The notes beneath the pieces are model-generated. The model was given only the letters and a program-made list of their open reading frames with translations. It ran no database searches and was not told where the DNA came from. The translations under genes were made by a program, and so were the position numbers. Positions 40,881 through 54,366 of a DNA stretch of 64,000 nucleotides are shown here, piece by piece. The stretch comes from Mobula hypostoma (lineage: Eukaryota). Location: NCBI RefSeq assembly GCF_963921235.1, contig NC_086108.1, positions 23,622,001-23,686,000 on the forward strand. The letters are read 5' to 3'. How positions within the stretch are numbered: the stretch's first letter is position 1; the number at the start of each line of letters is the position of its first letter.

Positions 40881-42011
40881 AACTCACACATCGTATTCAG
40901 TGTTCATTTCCTGGATGGTTCATTTATCAAGCTACATCAGCTTGTTGGAGGTACCCGTTAAATACCTGAAAACAAGTGTGTTGTAGCTAAATTCCTCAAG
41001 GGAAAAGAGAAACCAACAGCACAAATGACAACTGCAGCACAACTGCATGTAGCTCAACCTGTACTGTAACTTATGTCGTTGTTTAGAATCACTGGTCTCA
41101 GATGTATAGTCGCAGAATTCTAGATGCATTGGAGGAAAGGCAGAGAGATACTTATAATAGTGACAACCAAATGAAGAAGCTAATCATCAATAAATAATAG
41201 CAAGATGATTCAATTGTTGTTTATGAGCTTTGAGGACACAAATTGCTGTGCATAAGTTTGACTTCTGTACTTCTTACTTTAAGAAAAAGGTGATGGCAGT
41301 TAAATTAAAGTTACTGCTTGTGATAAACTTTGGGATATTTTGAGACATTGAAAGGTATCACACAGATGCAAATCTTCCTTGCTTTATAACTCTCAGAAAT
41401 GACTGTTGTTTTGTTACACAGAAAAGGAAACAGTAACGTTATGAAAGAGCTTTGTAATATAACTATTGTTAGGAGGAATTGAATGATCAAAGAATCATTT
41501 AGAACCCAGATATACTCGGATTGCCCAAGGTATATTGTTTTACTCTGGTGGGAAGATACAGCTGCTGAATGTCTCAGGCAATTTCCACACCATGCAAAGG
41601 TAACAGTGCATTGTGTTTCTTACATTTTCTTTCAGCCCATGCTGGCTGACTGCAAACTTATTCATTTATTAAATGCTTCGAATACACATTCAATCAGTTT
41701 AACAGTGAAACAGCATGTGGCTTCTCAATCAGTTCAACGACAGCCCTAGGCCATCATGTAAAGTTTACCAGACATTTTACCAAACACTGGAAATATTAAC
41801 AGAGCTAATATGGGAAGCTCTATCTAGTAGTGTGCAGCTTAATAACCACAAGAAAGTGAATGTTCATAGTATACAGTTCATCAATGCGAGTTCTCCATTT
41901 TATAACACAATATTCTGACAATTATATGTGGTATTGATGATATATTATGGTATGTTGCTGCCTTTGCTATAGCCTAGTTGACACATTAAACACGAACATT
42001 GTTCTCTCTGA

Positions 42012-42013
<2 letters not shown>

Positions 42014-42052
<39 letters not shown>

Positions 42053-42063
42053 CGCGTGTGTGT
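42014..42063. repeat. (TG)n(CG)n(TG)n microsatellite
   Basis: Directly visible. Confidence 0.95.
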
Positions 42064-44039
42064 TTACACGCCTATTTCTACTTTGATCCTGTTGGACAGC
42101 CTTACAATGTGCCTGCTGTCAAGCAATGTAAAACGGTCATAGTTTATACCAAATGTCAATGTAATTAAGAGCTTAGAGTCTTGATGTGTGAGTATTTTGT
42201 GTGCTGCCTTGTTAAAGAAACTTTGGCTATAGTTGTATCTGCTGTATCTCAGTGCATTCATGAAGCTATTACTGGGTAAGTGGGGTAGATGATATCCATG
42301 ACATAGTTAACATTTTCAGATTGTAAGTATAAGGCTGTGAGTTTGCACTCCACATCAGAAATATGAGTACAAATATCTAGTTTTGTTCACCAGATCATTA
42401 ATGTGGAGAGTGTTGTCCCATGTTTAGAGAAGAAATTAATCTCATGTACTTTCTGCCCTTTTGGGTGGAAATGAAACGATTTCACAGCACTTGGAGAGTT
42501 AAACCCTGATTTATTGATCAGGATGTGTGCCTCAAATCAACATCAGTAGAGTAGATTAGCCAGCCATGTTTTCCTCTGCAGCTTGAGGAACTTCATAATG
42601 GAAACTGGCTGCCATTTCCCTGAAGGACAATAAGAGCTACACTTTGAAAGAACCTCATTGCTTGTAAAGCTTATAAGGTGATGAAAACTAATAAACAAAT
42701 GCAAGTTTCACTTTAAATTCTTTAAAAAAGAAACTTACTTTTTCAAGGAATGATGAGAACTTGCTACATGAAAACCCGGAGATCCAAAGTGTGAAATTCA
42801 TTTCTCTTGTCATGGATAGTCTCTGACTTGGCAATTATTTTCAGAATATTCTGTTTCTGTATCAGATTTCCAACACCCACTGTATTTTGCTTCTGGAGCA
42901 TCGGTGCATTTAAGGGGAGTTAGGCAGATACAAAAGAGAAATTAGTAGAAGGAGCTAGGTGAAAGTTACATTGGTACGATGAAAGCAACATAAACATGGT
43001 GCGGTTCATTTGCACTGAAGGACCGGACCATCTGCTGAAGTTTCTCAGACAAGCTTTGAGTTAACAATCGTCCACACAAAGAGCCTATTGTGTGTGTGCG
43101 CAACTACCTATCAATTCAAATAGAAGCACATATGCAACTGTGCCAGTTTAGTTGGATTTTTCTCAACCATTCATTTCTCACTGTTGTCTGCGAATGTGCC
43201 TTGTTCCTTCTCCCTCTCTCAGTTGGTGCAGTTGGTGATATTCTCTAACATTCGGGTTTGTACTCGTCGTCAATTTGTCGTGTCTGTGCAACTACCTATC
43301 AATTAAAAGAAAAGCACGCACACGAGGGATGGCTGTAACTGGTGTATTCACTTTGGAGAGGGGAGAGGAGAGAGGAGAGAGGGAGAACAATGTGCATGCT
43401 TAGACAACAGATCAATACGCATTTGTAGACAACAGATAATATGTAGTGCTAAGGGGAGTTGTTGCCCTATAAGAAATAAATCCATACATTACATATATCA
43501 AAAACACCACTCAATGAGAAATTATAATCTCAGCCTTTGTAATCCTTTGCAAAATCCTTTTCATACGCACTTAAATAAATTCCTGATGTAAACTCAGTCA
43601 AAAAATGGCACAAATATTTGTCCACATGACCATCCATTGAGCGTTATGCAAAGATGTGAATCCAGTGGATTTCGCGGTAAATTAGTTATAGATGCAACAT
43701 TGAATTTGTTAATAATCTACAGTAATTGGAATCAATCAACAAGATTGCTGATTGCTGTTTACATTTAGAGTCAACAGCTCACCATGCCCATGTCAATTTT
43801 TTTGCCTGCTTACTCTAATCCCATTTTTCAACATTTGGGAAAGAAGATCCTATCTACCCTATTTGTGCCTCACATCTTATAGATTTCTGTCAGGTCACCC
43901 CTCAACCTCCTTTGCTCAAAGAACACAAGCCCAGGCAATGAGAAATTTTCAACGGTTCTTGTTTTCAAGCCCAGAGAAATTTTCAACAGTTCTTGTTTCA
44001 GTCAAAGTAAGTAGCTGAGAAGGGAGTGAAGAAATCGGG

Positions 44040-46758
44040 TACAAAAAGTCTTTTTTTTTACACACTGTTCGGGGAGAAGGGTCTGCACTGCGCAGGTGTG
44101 TGACATATATATCGCGCCAAGGTTTAAAAACAGACCACCATATACAGTGGTCATCATTGTAGCGGCCATCGTCGGAGTGGACTGAGTCAGAGTGGGACAG
44201 CTTTGGCTCAACAGGCTTCGGCGAGAACAGGCAGAGGCCAGGGTAGGTTCCGGTAAGTTTTTTTGTCCAGATTGTTTAGAGTAGAGAGAATGCCAGGCAG
44301 GATGTTGGAATGCTCCTCTTGCAGGATGTGGGAAGTCAGGGAGCCCTCCAGTGTCCCTGACAACGACACCTGCAAGAAGTGCATCCAGCTGCAGCTTCTG
44401 ACAAACCGCGTTAGGGAACTGGAGCAGGAGCTGGATGACCTCCGGATCATTCGGGAGAATGAAGAGATTATAGATAGTATCTACAGTTATGCCAAAGGAG
44501 CAGAGCACAGGAAATTAGGTCATTTTCAGGTGAGGGAAGAGGAAAGGGCAGGCAGAGCAGGGTTCCCCTGTGGCCGTTCCCTTCAACAAGTATACTGCTT
44601 TGGATACTGTTTTGGGGGGATGACTTACCTGGGACAAGCTGCGGCAGCCAGATCTCTGGCACTGAGTCTGGCTCTGCAGTGCAGAAGGGAGGGTGGAAAA
44701 AGAGGAGAGCGGTAGTGATAGGGGACTCGATAGTTAGAGGTACAGATAGGAGGTTCTGTAGTCATGACAGAGAATCCAGGATGGTTTGTTGCCTCCCAGA
44801 TGCCAGGGTCAAGGATGTCTCTGATCGCTTGCATGACATTCTGAAGTGGGAGGGTGATCAGCCAGATGTTGTGGTGCACATCGGTACCAATGACATAGCA
44901 AGAAAGAGTGAGGAGGTCCTGGAGAGTGAGTATAGAGAGCTTGGTAGGAAGATGAAAAGCAGGACCTCGAGGGTGGTAATCTCAGGATTGCTACCTGTGC
45001 TACATGCCAGTGAGGGTAAGAATAGGATGCTCTGGAGGATGAACAAGTGGCTGAGGAACTGGTGTAGGGAGCAGGGTTTCAAATTTCAGGATCATTGGGA
45101 CCTCTTCTGGAGCAGGTGGGACCTGTACAAGAGAGACGGGTTACACTTGACTTACAAGGGGACCAATATCCTTTCAGGGAAGTTTGTTAATGCTATTGGG
45201 GAGGCTTTAAACTAGATTTGCAGGGGGATGGGAACCAGAGTGCCAGAGCTGACAGTGTGGCTGGGGTGAAAATAAATGATGTTAAAAGTTCAAGCAAAGC
45301 CGCTAATAGAAAGGTTGTGAGTGGTGGTAAAAATCTTCTGAGGTGTATATATTTCAATGCTAGGAGTATTGCAGGGAAGGCAGATGAGTTGAGGGCGTGG
45401 ATTGACACGTGGAATTATGACGTTATAGCAAGTAGTGAAACTTGGCTACAGGAGGGGCAGGACTGGCAGCTTAATATTCCAGGGTTCCGATGTTTCAGAT
45501 GTGATAGAGGCAGAGGAATGAAAGGTGGGGGGGGGGGGGTAGCATTGCTTGTCAGGGAAAATGTTACAGCAGTGCTCAGGCAGGACACATTAGAGGGCTT
45601 ATCTACTGAGTCCTTATGGGTGGAGCTGAGAAACAGGAAAGGTATGGCCACATTAGTGGGGTTGTATTATAGACTACCTAATAGTCAGTGAGAATTGGAG
45701 GAACAAATCTGCAGAGAGATAGCAGGCAACTGCAGGAAACATAAAGTTGTGGTGGTAGGAGATTTTAATTTTCCACATACTGTTTGGGACTCCCATACTG
45801 TTAGGTGTCTAGATGGGTTAGAGTTTGTAAAATGAGTTCAGGAAAGTTTTCTAAATCAATATATAGAGGTACCAACTAGAGGGGATGCAATATTAGATCT
45901 CCTGTTAGGAAACGAGTTAGGACAAGTGACGGAAGTGTGTGTAGGGGAGCACTTTGGTTCCAGTGATCATAACACCATTAGTTTCAACTTGATCATGGAT
46001 AAAGATAGATCTGGTCCTAGGGTTGAGGTTCTGAACTGGAAGAAGGCCAAATTTGAAGAAATGAGAAAGGATCTAAAAAGCGTGGATTTGGACAGGTTGT
46101 TCTCTGGTAAGGATGTGATCGGTAAGTGAGAAGCCTTCAAAGGAGAAATTTTGAGAGTGCAGAGCTTGTATGTTCCTGTCAGGATTAAAGGCAAAGTGGA
46201 TAGGAATAAGGAACCTTGGTTCTCAAGGGATATTGCAACTCTGATAAAGAAGAAGAGAGAGTTGTATGACATGTATAGGAAACAGGGAGTAAATAAGGTG
46301 CTTGAGAAGTATAAAAAGTGCAAGAAAATACTTAAGAAGGTAATCAGGAGGGCTAAAAGAAGACATGAGGTTGCTTTGGCAGTCAAAGTGAAGGATAATC
46401 CAAAGAGCTTTTACAGGTATATTAAGAGTAAAAGAATTGTAAGGGATAAGATTAGTCCTTTTGAAGATCAGAGTAGTTGGCTATGTGCGGAACCAAAAGA
46501 AATGGGGGAGATCTTAAAAGGGGTTTTTGCATGTGTATTTACTAAGGAGACTGGCATGAAGTCTATGGAATTAAGGGAAACAAGTATTGAGATCATGGAA
46601 ACTGTACAGATTGAAAAGGAGGAGGTGCTTACTATCTTGAGGCAAATTATGGTCCGTGTGCAGGTCAGTGGGACTAGTCAGAAAATGGTTCGGCACAGCC
46701 AAGAAGGGCCAAAAGGCCTGTTTCTGTGCTGTAGTTTTTCTATGGTTTCTATGGTTTC
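44040..46758 (+). mobile_element. CR1 LINE with ORF1 and endonuclease but RT deleted; 3' end retained
   Basis: CSSCRMWE..CKKCIQLQLL, VIGDSIVRG..HIGTNDI..DGLHL, YFNARS, SETWL, SSDHN. Jumps at ~46649 to the 3' UTR ending (TTTCTATGG)2. Confidence 0.88.
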
Positions 46759-47977
46759 CATCCAATCTTTCCATGAAGCTGAAGTCCTCCAATCCAGGCA
46801 ATATCCAAGAGTGAACAATAGTAAACATAAGGAACCTGGATCAGAGGTCAAAATCCAATAACAGCAATGAAGGATGTGATATGACAAAAATAAGTTAGTT
46901 TATTTTTGTAAGCATAAATAATAATGAATTCCATGAAGTTCACCATGGTCTTGATATTTAACCACATCTGATTGGCTCTGCAGACACTTCTCATCCTAAC
47001 TTTACATCTCTGTGTGTCATAAAGCATTGAAACTTAAGTCAACCGTGCCCTGCTATCACCTGCTTCAGATAGAATACTCTGAGGCACATATTTATTACGT
47101 GATCTACTCCTGAAGTTACATCGACCATTGATTGTGTAATCTTTATATACCAAGTATTACATGTTACGCCTTGCTTTTAAGTATAATTACTGAGTTAGTT
47201 AACTCATAAGCATCAGTAAGAGCTTTTGTTTCAAATGCACTGAATGATACTCGGAATTAAAAATAGATTACATAGGTTAATCTTTAAACAAACTCCACTG
47301 CAGACTAATAAAATGGATTACTGCTTGTTGAAGCAACGCCTTGCTGTGTTTATTGGCCACCCTCCAAATTACCTGGAGGATGGTGCCAGCTGGAGATGAC
47401 ACGCACAGAAAAGCTTTTGGTCATGTGCTTTCTTCACTCAGCTTGCACTTGCTTGCACATTCAGTAAAGCAGCCTTTTGGGTTTACAAAAACGACCTAAT
47501 GCCCTTAATGTATTCTGGCTCTGACTACTACCGTCAATCAGACCTTTTACCAACACCATCAAGCAGCTGGGAAAGTGCTTTGCACCTCTTTATAGAAAAC
47601 ACACTGTTCCCTATAAGGAAATACATCAGTGAGGCAAAACAAAAAAGAATTTTCTTACATTTAACCAAAGGCTCCAGAAATTGCATAGTACCCCTGGTTG
47701 CTTTCTCTCGCTAATCTTTACCTATTATGGAGACATGCTAAGGTTGAACCTCCAGGAGGTCCATAACCTAGTTGTAGGGTGTGGAGGCCTTCGTCCCTCA
47801 ATTATCTGGACAGTTATCCTGGCTGGAGTCAGAGCTTTATGCTTTGGCTCTTGGTAGGGTCACCCTTGCCAAACAGGTCAAAGGGTAGAAGCCTTACTAA
47901 GAGTGATCCACTGGTCCTCCAGGTTCTGGGGTTCAACTCAAGCATAACAACCCTGAATGGCAAGACAAAATTGTTAC

Positions 47978-50900
47978 TGAAGCACCTTCAATAACTCCAA
48001 AAGACTTAAGTAGGGTAAATACTGAAAGGCTTTTATTCGCTGTACAATACGATTTCCATGGTGAGTGTCTGCCCCCGGACTGAGGGGGAGGGGCAAGACG
48101 AAATCACCTTTATTCAGGGGTCTGCAGGAGGAGCCACAGAAGCAGTCAGCAGAGTGGCGTGTCCAGACAGTTAACCCAGTTACAACATATATATGGTTTA
48201 CCACATTCACCCCTCCTTTTTTTAAAAAAGAGTCCCACAGGTGGTGACTGACAATATTTAAAACAAGTATATTTACAGGTCAAGTCTATCAGGCGGTCGA
48301 GTCCGTCGCCACTATCTACGTAGCACCAGTGGTGATTGCATCGACGACAGTGATTGTGCTGGCTCCGGCCTGACTTGAGGTGCCAGCACGTTAGGCGTTG
48401 TTAATCCCTCGTGCGTGTGCGTTGCACCCAGTATGTGAGTGTCGTGTGGTGTCTGTGTAGGGCTTGGAGTGCGCGGTGTCTCGTGGGTACATACATCGGT
48501 GGGTACGGGGTTAATAGTCACCATGGAGTGTTCAGGATAGGGGCCCAGAGTTCCTGCGGGCACCAGGTCGCGGATGGAGACCGTGTCCTCCCGCCCATCA
48601 GGTAAAACCACATAGGCATACTGGGGGTTCACATGAAGTAAGTGAACCCTCACGATCATCGGGGAGTATTTATTGCTCCTCGCATGTTTCCGGAGCAGCA
48701 CTGGCCCCAGGGATGTCAGCCAAGTTGGTAGGGTGGTCCCAGTGGTCGGCTTTCTGGCAAAAGAAAAGAGCCGCTCATGAGGGGTGGCATTGGTGGACGT
48801 GCATAACAGGGAGCGGATGGAGTGGAGTGCCTCGGGAAGGACCTCCTACCAGTGGGAGACCGGCAGTCCATTTGACCTGAGGGCTAAGAGTGTGGCTTTC
48901 CACACCGTGGTATTCTCCTTCTCCACCTGTCTATTCCCTTGGGGATTATAGCTCGTGGTCCTACTGGTTGCAATACCCCTAGCCAGTAGATATTGGCGCA
49001 GCTCGTCACTCATAAACGAGGACCCTCTGTCACTGTGGATATAGCATGGGTATCCGAACAGAGTGAAGAGCTTGCCCAGGGCTTTTATAACTGACGTGGT
49101 AGTGGTGTCGGGGCAGGGGATGGCGAAGGGGAACTGCGAGTACTTGTTGATAACGTTAAGAAAGTACACATTGCGGTCGGTGGAGGGAAGGGGGCCCTTA
49201 AAGTCAACATTCAGTCGCTCAAAGGGGCAGGTGGCCTTGATGAGTTGTGGCTTTTCGAGTTGGTAGAAGTGCGGTTTGCACTCTGCGCAGACTTGGCAGT
49301 CCCTGGTCATCATCCTGATCTCCTCAAGGGAGTAAGGCAGGTTCCGGGCTTTCACGAAGTGGAAAAGCCGGGTGACCCCCGGGTGGCAAAGATCTACATG
49401 TAGGGCGTATAGCCGGTCGATCTGCGCGTTGGCGCATGTTCCTCGGGATAGGGCATCGGAGGGCTCGTTGAGCTTCCCAGGCCTGTACATGATGTCATAG
49501 TTGAAGGTGGAGAGTTCGATTCTCCACCTCAGAATTTTATCATTTTTGATTTTTCCCCGCTGTTGGTTATTAAACATGAATGCGACTGAGCGCTAGTCAG
49601 TAAGCAGGGTGAACTTTTTGCCAGCAGGATAGTGCCTCCAGTGCCTAATAGCTTCCACTATGGCCTGGGCCTCTTTCTCTACTGTGGAGTGCCAAATTTC
49701 AGGGCCTTGAAGGGTACGGGAGAAGAACGCCACCAGTCTTCCCGCCTGGTTGAGGGTAGCAGCCAGCACAAAGTCGGAGGCGTCACTCTCTACTTGGAAG
49801 GGAATGGCCTCATCCACCACATGCATTGCTGCTTTGGCAATGTCCCCTTTTATACGGCTGAAGGCCGCGTGGGCCTCGGCAGAGAGGGGGAATATGGTGG
49901 ACTTGACCAGGGGGCGTGCCTTATCTGTGTAGTTAGAGACACATTGGACGTAATATGAAAAGAAGCCCAGGCACCTTTTGAGGGCTCTGAGCGTGTTGGG
50001 AAGAGGGAGTTCCAACAGGAGGCGCATACGGTCGGGGTCAGGGTCAATGACTCCATTCTCCACAACACACCCAAGGATAGCAAGTCGGGTGGTCCCGAAC
50101 ACACACTTGTCCTTGTTATAGGTGAGATTGAAAGCTTTGGCCGCTTGGAGAAATTTTTGGAGGTTGTTGTCATGATCCTGCCAGTCGAGACTGCAGATGG
50201 TGATGTTATCCAGATATGGGAACGTGGCCTTCAGTTGGCACTGGTCCACCATCCGGTCCATTGCCCCCTGGAAGACAGATACACCATTCATGACACGGAA
50301 GGGGATGCGCAGGAATTGATAAAGCCTGCCGTCCGCCTCGAAGGCGATGTAAGGGCGGTCCTCCGGCAGATGGGGAGCTGATGGTAAGCGGATTTTAGGT
50401 CTATGGTTGAGTACACCTTGTACTGTGCTATCTGATTAACCATATCCACGATGCGGGGTAAAGAGTATGTGTCAAGCTGCGTGAACCTATTGATGGTCTG
50501 GCTATAGTCCACGACCATCCTATTTTTCTCCCCGTTCCGAACAACAACCAGCAAGGACTTGTGCTTGCCTCAATGAGCCCCTCCCTGAGCAGCCACTGCA
50601 CCCCCGACTTAATGAAGGCTCTGCCCCTTGCGCTGTACCTCTTGCTTTTAGTTGCCACAGGTTTACAGTCGGGGGTCAGGTTGGCGAACAGTGGTGGGGG
50701 AGGGATCTTGAGGGTGGAGAGGCCGCAAGTGGCGTCGGTAGTGCGACAGTTGGCATGGTGTTGGGTGGGAGGTGTGGATCGGTGTGTGTGTGGTCAGTAG
50801 CGGGGTATGTGACGTATTTCTACAAAACAGGGGAATTATGACAGTAATTGGCGGGAGGGGCCCATCATACTTCATTGTCACGCTTTTCAGGTGGCTCTGG

Positions 50901-52427
50901 AAGTCCAACCCCAACAGCACAGGGGCACACAGTTGAGGCAAGACCAGTAACGTAAAGTCCCGATATTCTGTGTCCTGCACCACTAGTGTCGCTACACAAC
51001 TCCCCCGGATGTCTGTTGTATGCGACCCGGAAGCCATGGTGACCCTGTGACTCACCGGCCGTATCACAAGTCCGCAATGCTGCACTGTGGCCGGGTGGAT
51101 AAAACTCTCCGTGCTGCCTGTGTCAAACAGGCAGCTTGTCCCGCGCCCCTCCACCAGGATGTCCATCATTGACCTTGCGCGCTGGTGGGGAGCGCTTTGG
51201 TCGAGGGTCATGGAAGCCAGGGTTGAGTCGCTGTCCTCGTCCAGTGGGGTGGGGTGCCCGTAAGCACCTGTTGGTCGTAGGTGGTGGGGAGGGGCGCCGA
51301 CCAAGATGGCTGCCCCCATGTCTTGCACGTGGTGGCGGCGTGCAGGGAAGATGGCAACCCCCATGTCTCGCACACGGCGCTGCTCGATCCCGCTCGCGGT
51401 TTGGACTTACAGACCTTGGTGAAGTGGCCCTTCTTTCCGCAGCTGGAGCAGGTAGCTTGTCAAGCCGGGCAGCGTGTCCAGGGGTGCTTCTCGAGTCCGC
51501 AGAAGTAGCGCTTCGCGGATTCGCGACTGGCAGCAGCCGAGGTCGATTTGCCGGCAGGTTGTGGGGACTTGCGACTGGCAGGAGCCGTGGTCGATTCGCC
51601 GGCGGTTTGTGGGGTCTGCAGCGCCCACGAGGCCATCGAGGGATCGCGTGCCTGCAGAGCCTCACAGTTATGCAGAGCGGCCTCCAGCGTGTCGGCCAGC
51701 TCGATCGCTGAACTTAAGGTAAGATCTGCTTTTTCCAACAGCCGCTGGTGCACATACACTGACCTGGGCCCCGTGACCAAGGCGTCTCTCACTAGGAGTT
51801 CTGCATGCTGTACTGACGTCAGTTTTTGGCAATTGCAGGCTCACACGTAGGGCCTGGATGAACTCAGCACTTGATTCCCCAGGCCGCTGGTTTCGAGTCG
51901 CTAAACGATGTCACGTGTAGATGCTGTTTATCGGCTGCAGGTATTGTCCTTTGAGTGCGCTCACTGCATCGTCGTAACTCGGCTGGTCTCTGATCAGTGA
52001 ATAGATCCGTGGACTGACCCTGGAGAGTAGAACTCTACACATCACTACGGGGTTGGTCACTTTAATCTCCTCTAGATACAATTTGAAGCAGGCCAGGCAG
52101 AGTTCGAAAGCGTTTCCAGCTTCTGGCGTTTGTGGATCAAGATCTAACTTGTCGGGTCTCAGAGTACATTCCATGCTTTAAAATTACAGTGAATAAAATT
52201 GAAGCACCTTCAATAACTCCAAAAGACTGAAGTAGGGTAAATACTGAAAGGCTGTTATTCTCTGTACAATACGATTTCCATGGTGAGTGTCTGTCCCCGG
52301 ACTGAGGGGGAGGGGCAAGGAGAAATCACCTTTATTCAGGGGTCTGCAGGAGGAGCCACAGGGGCAGTCAGCAGAGGGGTGTGTCCAGACAGTTAACCCA
52401 GTTACAACATATATATGGTTTACCACA
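47978..52427 (-). mobile_element. Complete Ty3/Gypsy LTR retrotransposon (gag with two zinc knuckles, PR-RT-RH-IN), pseudogenised
   Basis: 228-bp LTRs (47978-48205, 52200-52427; TG...CA; about 10 mismatches). TSD GTTAC/GTTAT. PPT AAAAAAAGGAGGGG. LFDTGS (protease), YLDNI (RT), VESDAS (RNase H), H..HPG..CQVC and HSDRG (integrase). Gag ATG at 52174. Confidence 0.96.
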
Positions 52428-54366
52428 GTTATGGAAACAGCAATAAAGAATCCTTCTACATCTGAGTGTAACGATATTCCTGAGACTCCACCCGGAACTT
52501 GCATGACTGACAGTAGTGAAAACCAAGCTACTAACATGATGAAGGAAGCCCTGAACACCGCCAAAGATGTAGGACCTTCACTGCTGCCCTAAAAGCCAGT
52601 GCCTAACGGGCAGTACGCATATAAGTTCAGGTTAAACCTGTCACATAAGTTGCTCTGCTTTGAACAAGTGCACCTTAACAGCAATTGACAATAGTGACCT
52701 ATCTTGTCTTCCTGGATTTTTACTGACAGCAGTGCATTGCCACTACTGGTTGCCAGTTAAAATCCTTCTCCACATCTTTGTACATTTGGTCTGAGCCAAA
52801 TCAAATAGTCATCAACAAATCCATTTCTTTGAAAAAGTGCATCTTTTATGTTTAAAAGCCAACATATTTTAGATGGGTTCTTTATCAAATGGGTCACAAA
52901 GAAGACTTCAATACTGAATTTCAATGAAAATGTTCTTTAAGTTTGTCTTGTGTAAATGATCATGAACTTCTGGCACCAGTGTGGCTGATAATGATCATAT
53001 TTACTCCCACATGCACCTAGAACCTTAAAAGCCAGGATTCAAATCCAGTCTATTGGAGAAGACCGGGTTTGAAGAATTTTTTTCGGTGTGTGTGACTAGA
53101 TTGCTAGGTGAAGGCAAGAGGCTTTGTTTGAAAAGCACCTGCCCAAGGAGTAAACACAAAGAATGGTGTTCACAATCGATCAGGTGGTAGTGTGGCTATC
53201 TCACAGTCTGATCCTGACCTCCACTGCTGTTTGTGTGAAGTTTGCCTGCTTTCCTTGTGACTCCCCTCGGCTTTGCTCTAATTTTTCTAGTTTCCTCCCA
53301 AGTCCCAAAAAGCAAGGTGGTTAGGGTCACTGCAACTTGACCCCAGTGCAGGTGGGTGATGGGGAAACCAGAGGAGTGTAAGAGCAAGAAAAGGGCTGTT
53401 TCTACTTTGAAAGAGAATATGACCTCATCACCTTACGCCTCAGTCACATGCTTACACAGGATAACCAAACGATCTTTAAATTATCAGGTCAGGGGAAGGT
53501 TCATGGGAAAAGGACAGTGTTAATGAAGATTTGATTACGAAGTAGATTTAGTTAACAGTCTTAGTGAATTTGTAATGGCAAACAGATTTCTCTCCCTGTT
53601 TAATGCAGTGTTCAAAAGGGAAAGGAAGTGAAATGTTGAAATTGTATAAGTAAGGAGAGTTGCCTTCCATTTGATGAGACAGAGAGAGTCCACAGTAAGC
53701 TGGTCACATCTGTGTTTAAGTAAAAAACATGGGGCAGCAGCGAGAGATACTCAAAGAATGTGTCATAAAGTACATATTTGGATGCCGACTGAACAAAAAC
53801 ATAAATTTACTGTGAAATGGAAAAATCCTGGTCAAATAAGGAAGTAATGGACAACATGATTCAAGCCGTAAAAGCATTCAATACTATTGGCAACAGGGAG
53901 GGAAATAAAGAATGCCAAGAGGACTGATGGGCAGTAAAAAGTACATTAAATGAAATGCAAGAGAAATTAAAACAAACAAGTAAATAAATATAAGGAAATG
54001 GCATACCTGTTGATTAGCATACTGACTTTGCACCAGGATTTACAGTAGGGACAAAGGGTAGACTCCTGACCATCCAAAAGAAACTAATACTAGTCCAGGG
54101 GAGGGGATGCAGTGAAACTAACTTAAAATAGGGTTACACTGATGTAGGAAGTAGTGACACTTCAGAGGGAGAAATTCCAGGAACCAAATGATGTACCTCT
54201 GTAATGTAAAGGAAATCAGTGAGACCTAACTTTAATTTTTCAAAAATTACTTCCATTCAGCAGCACCAACAATTCTAATTGAAGAGATGGCTATAGCGGA
54301 AAGGGAAATGTCTATGGATCTTCAAATTTCAAAAAGCTGAAAGCAAAGTTAATATTAAAGTACATA

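Noticed and set aside
44679..45215. SGNH/GDSL esterase ORF as a host or novel gene
   Set aside because: It is the established ORF1 domain of vertebrate CR1 elements and recurs in three CR1 copies here.
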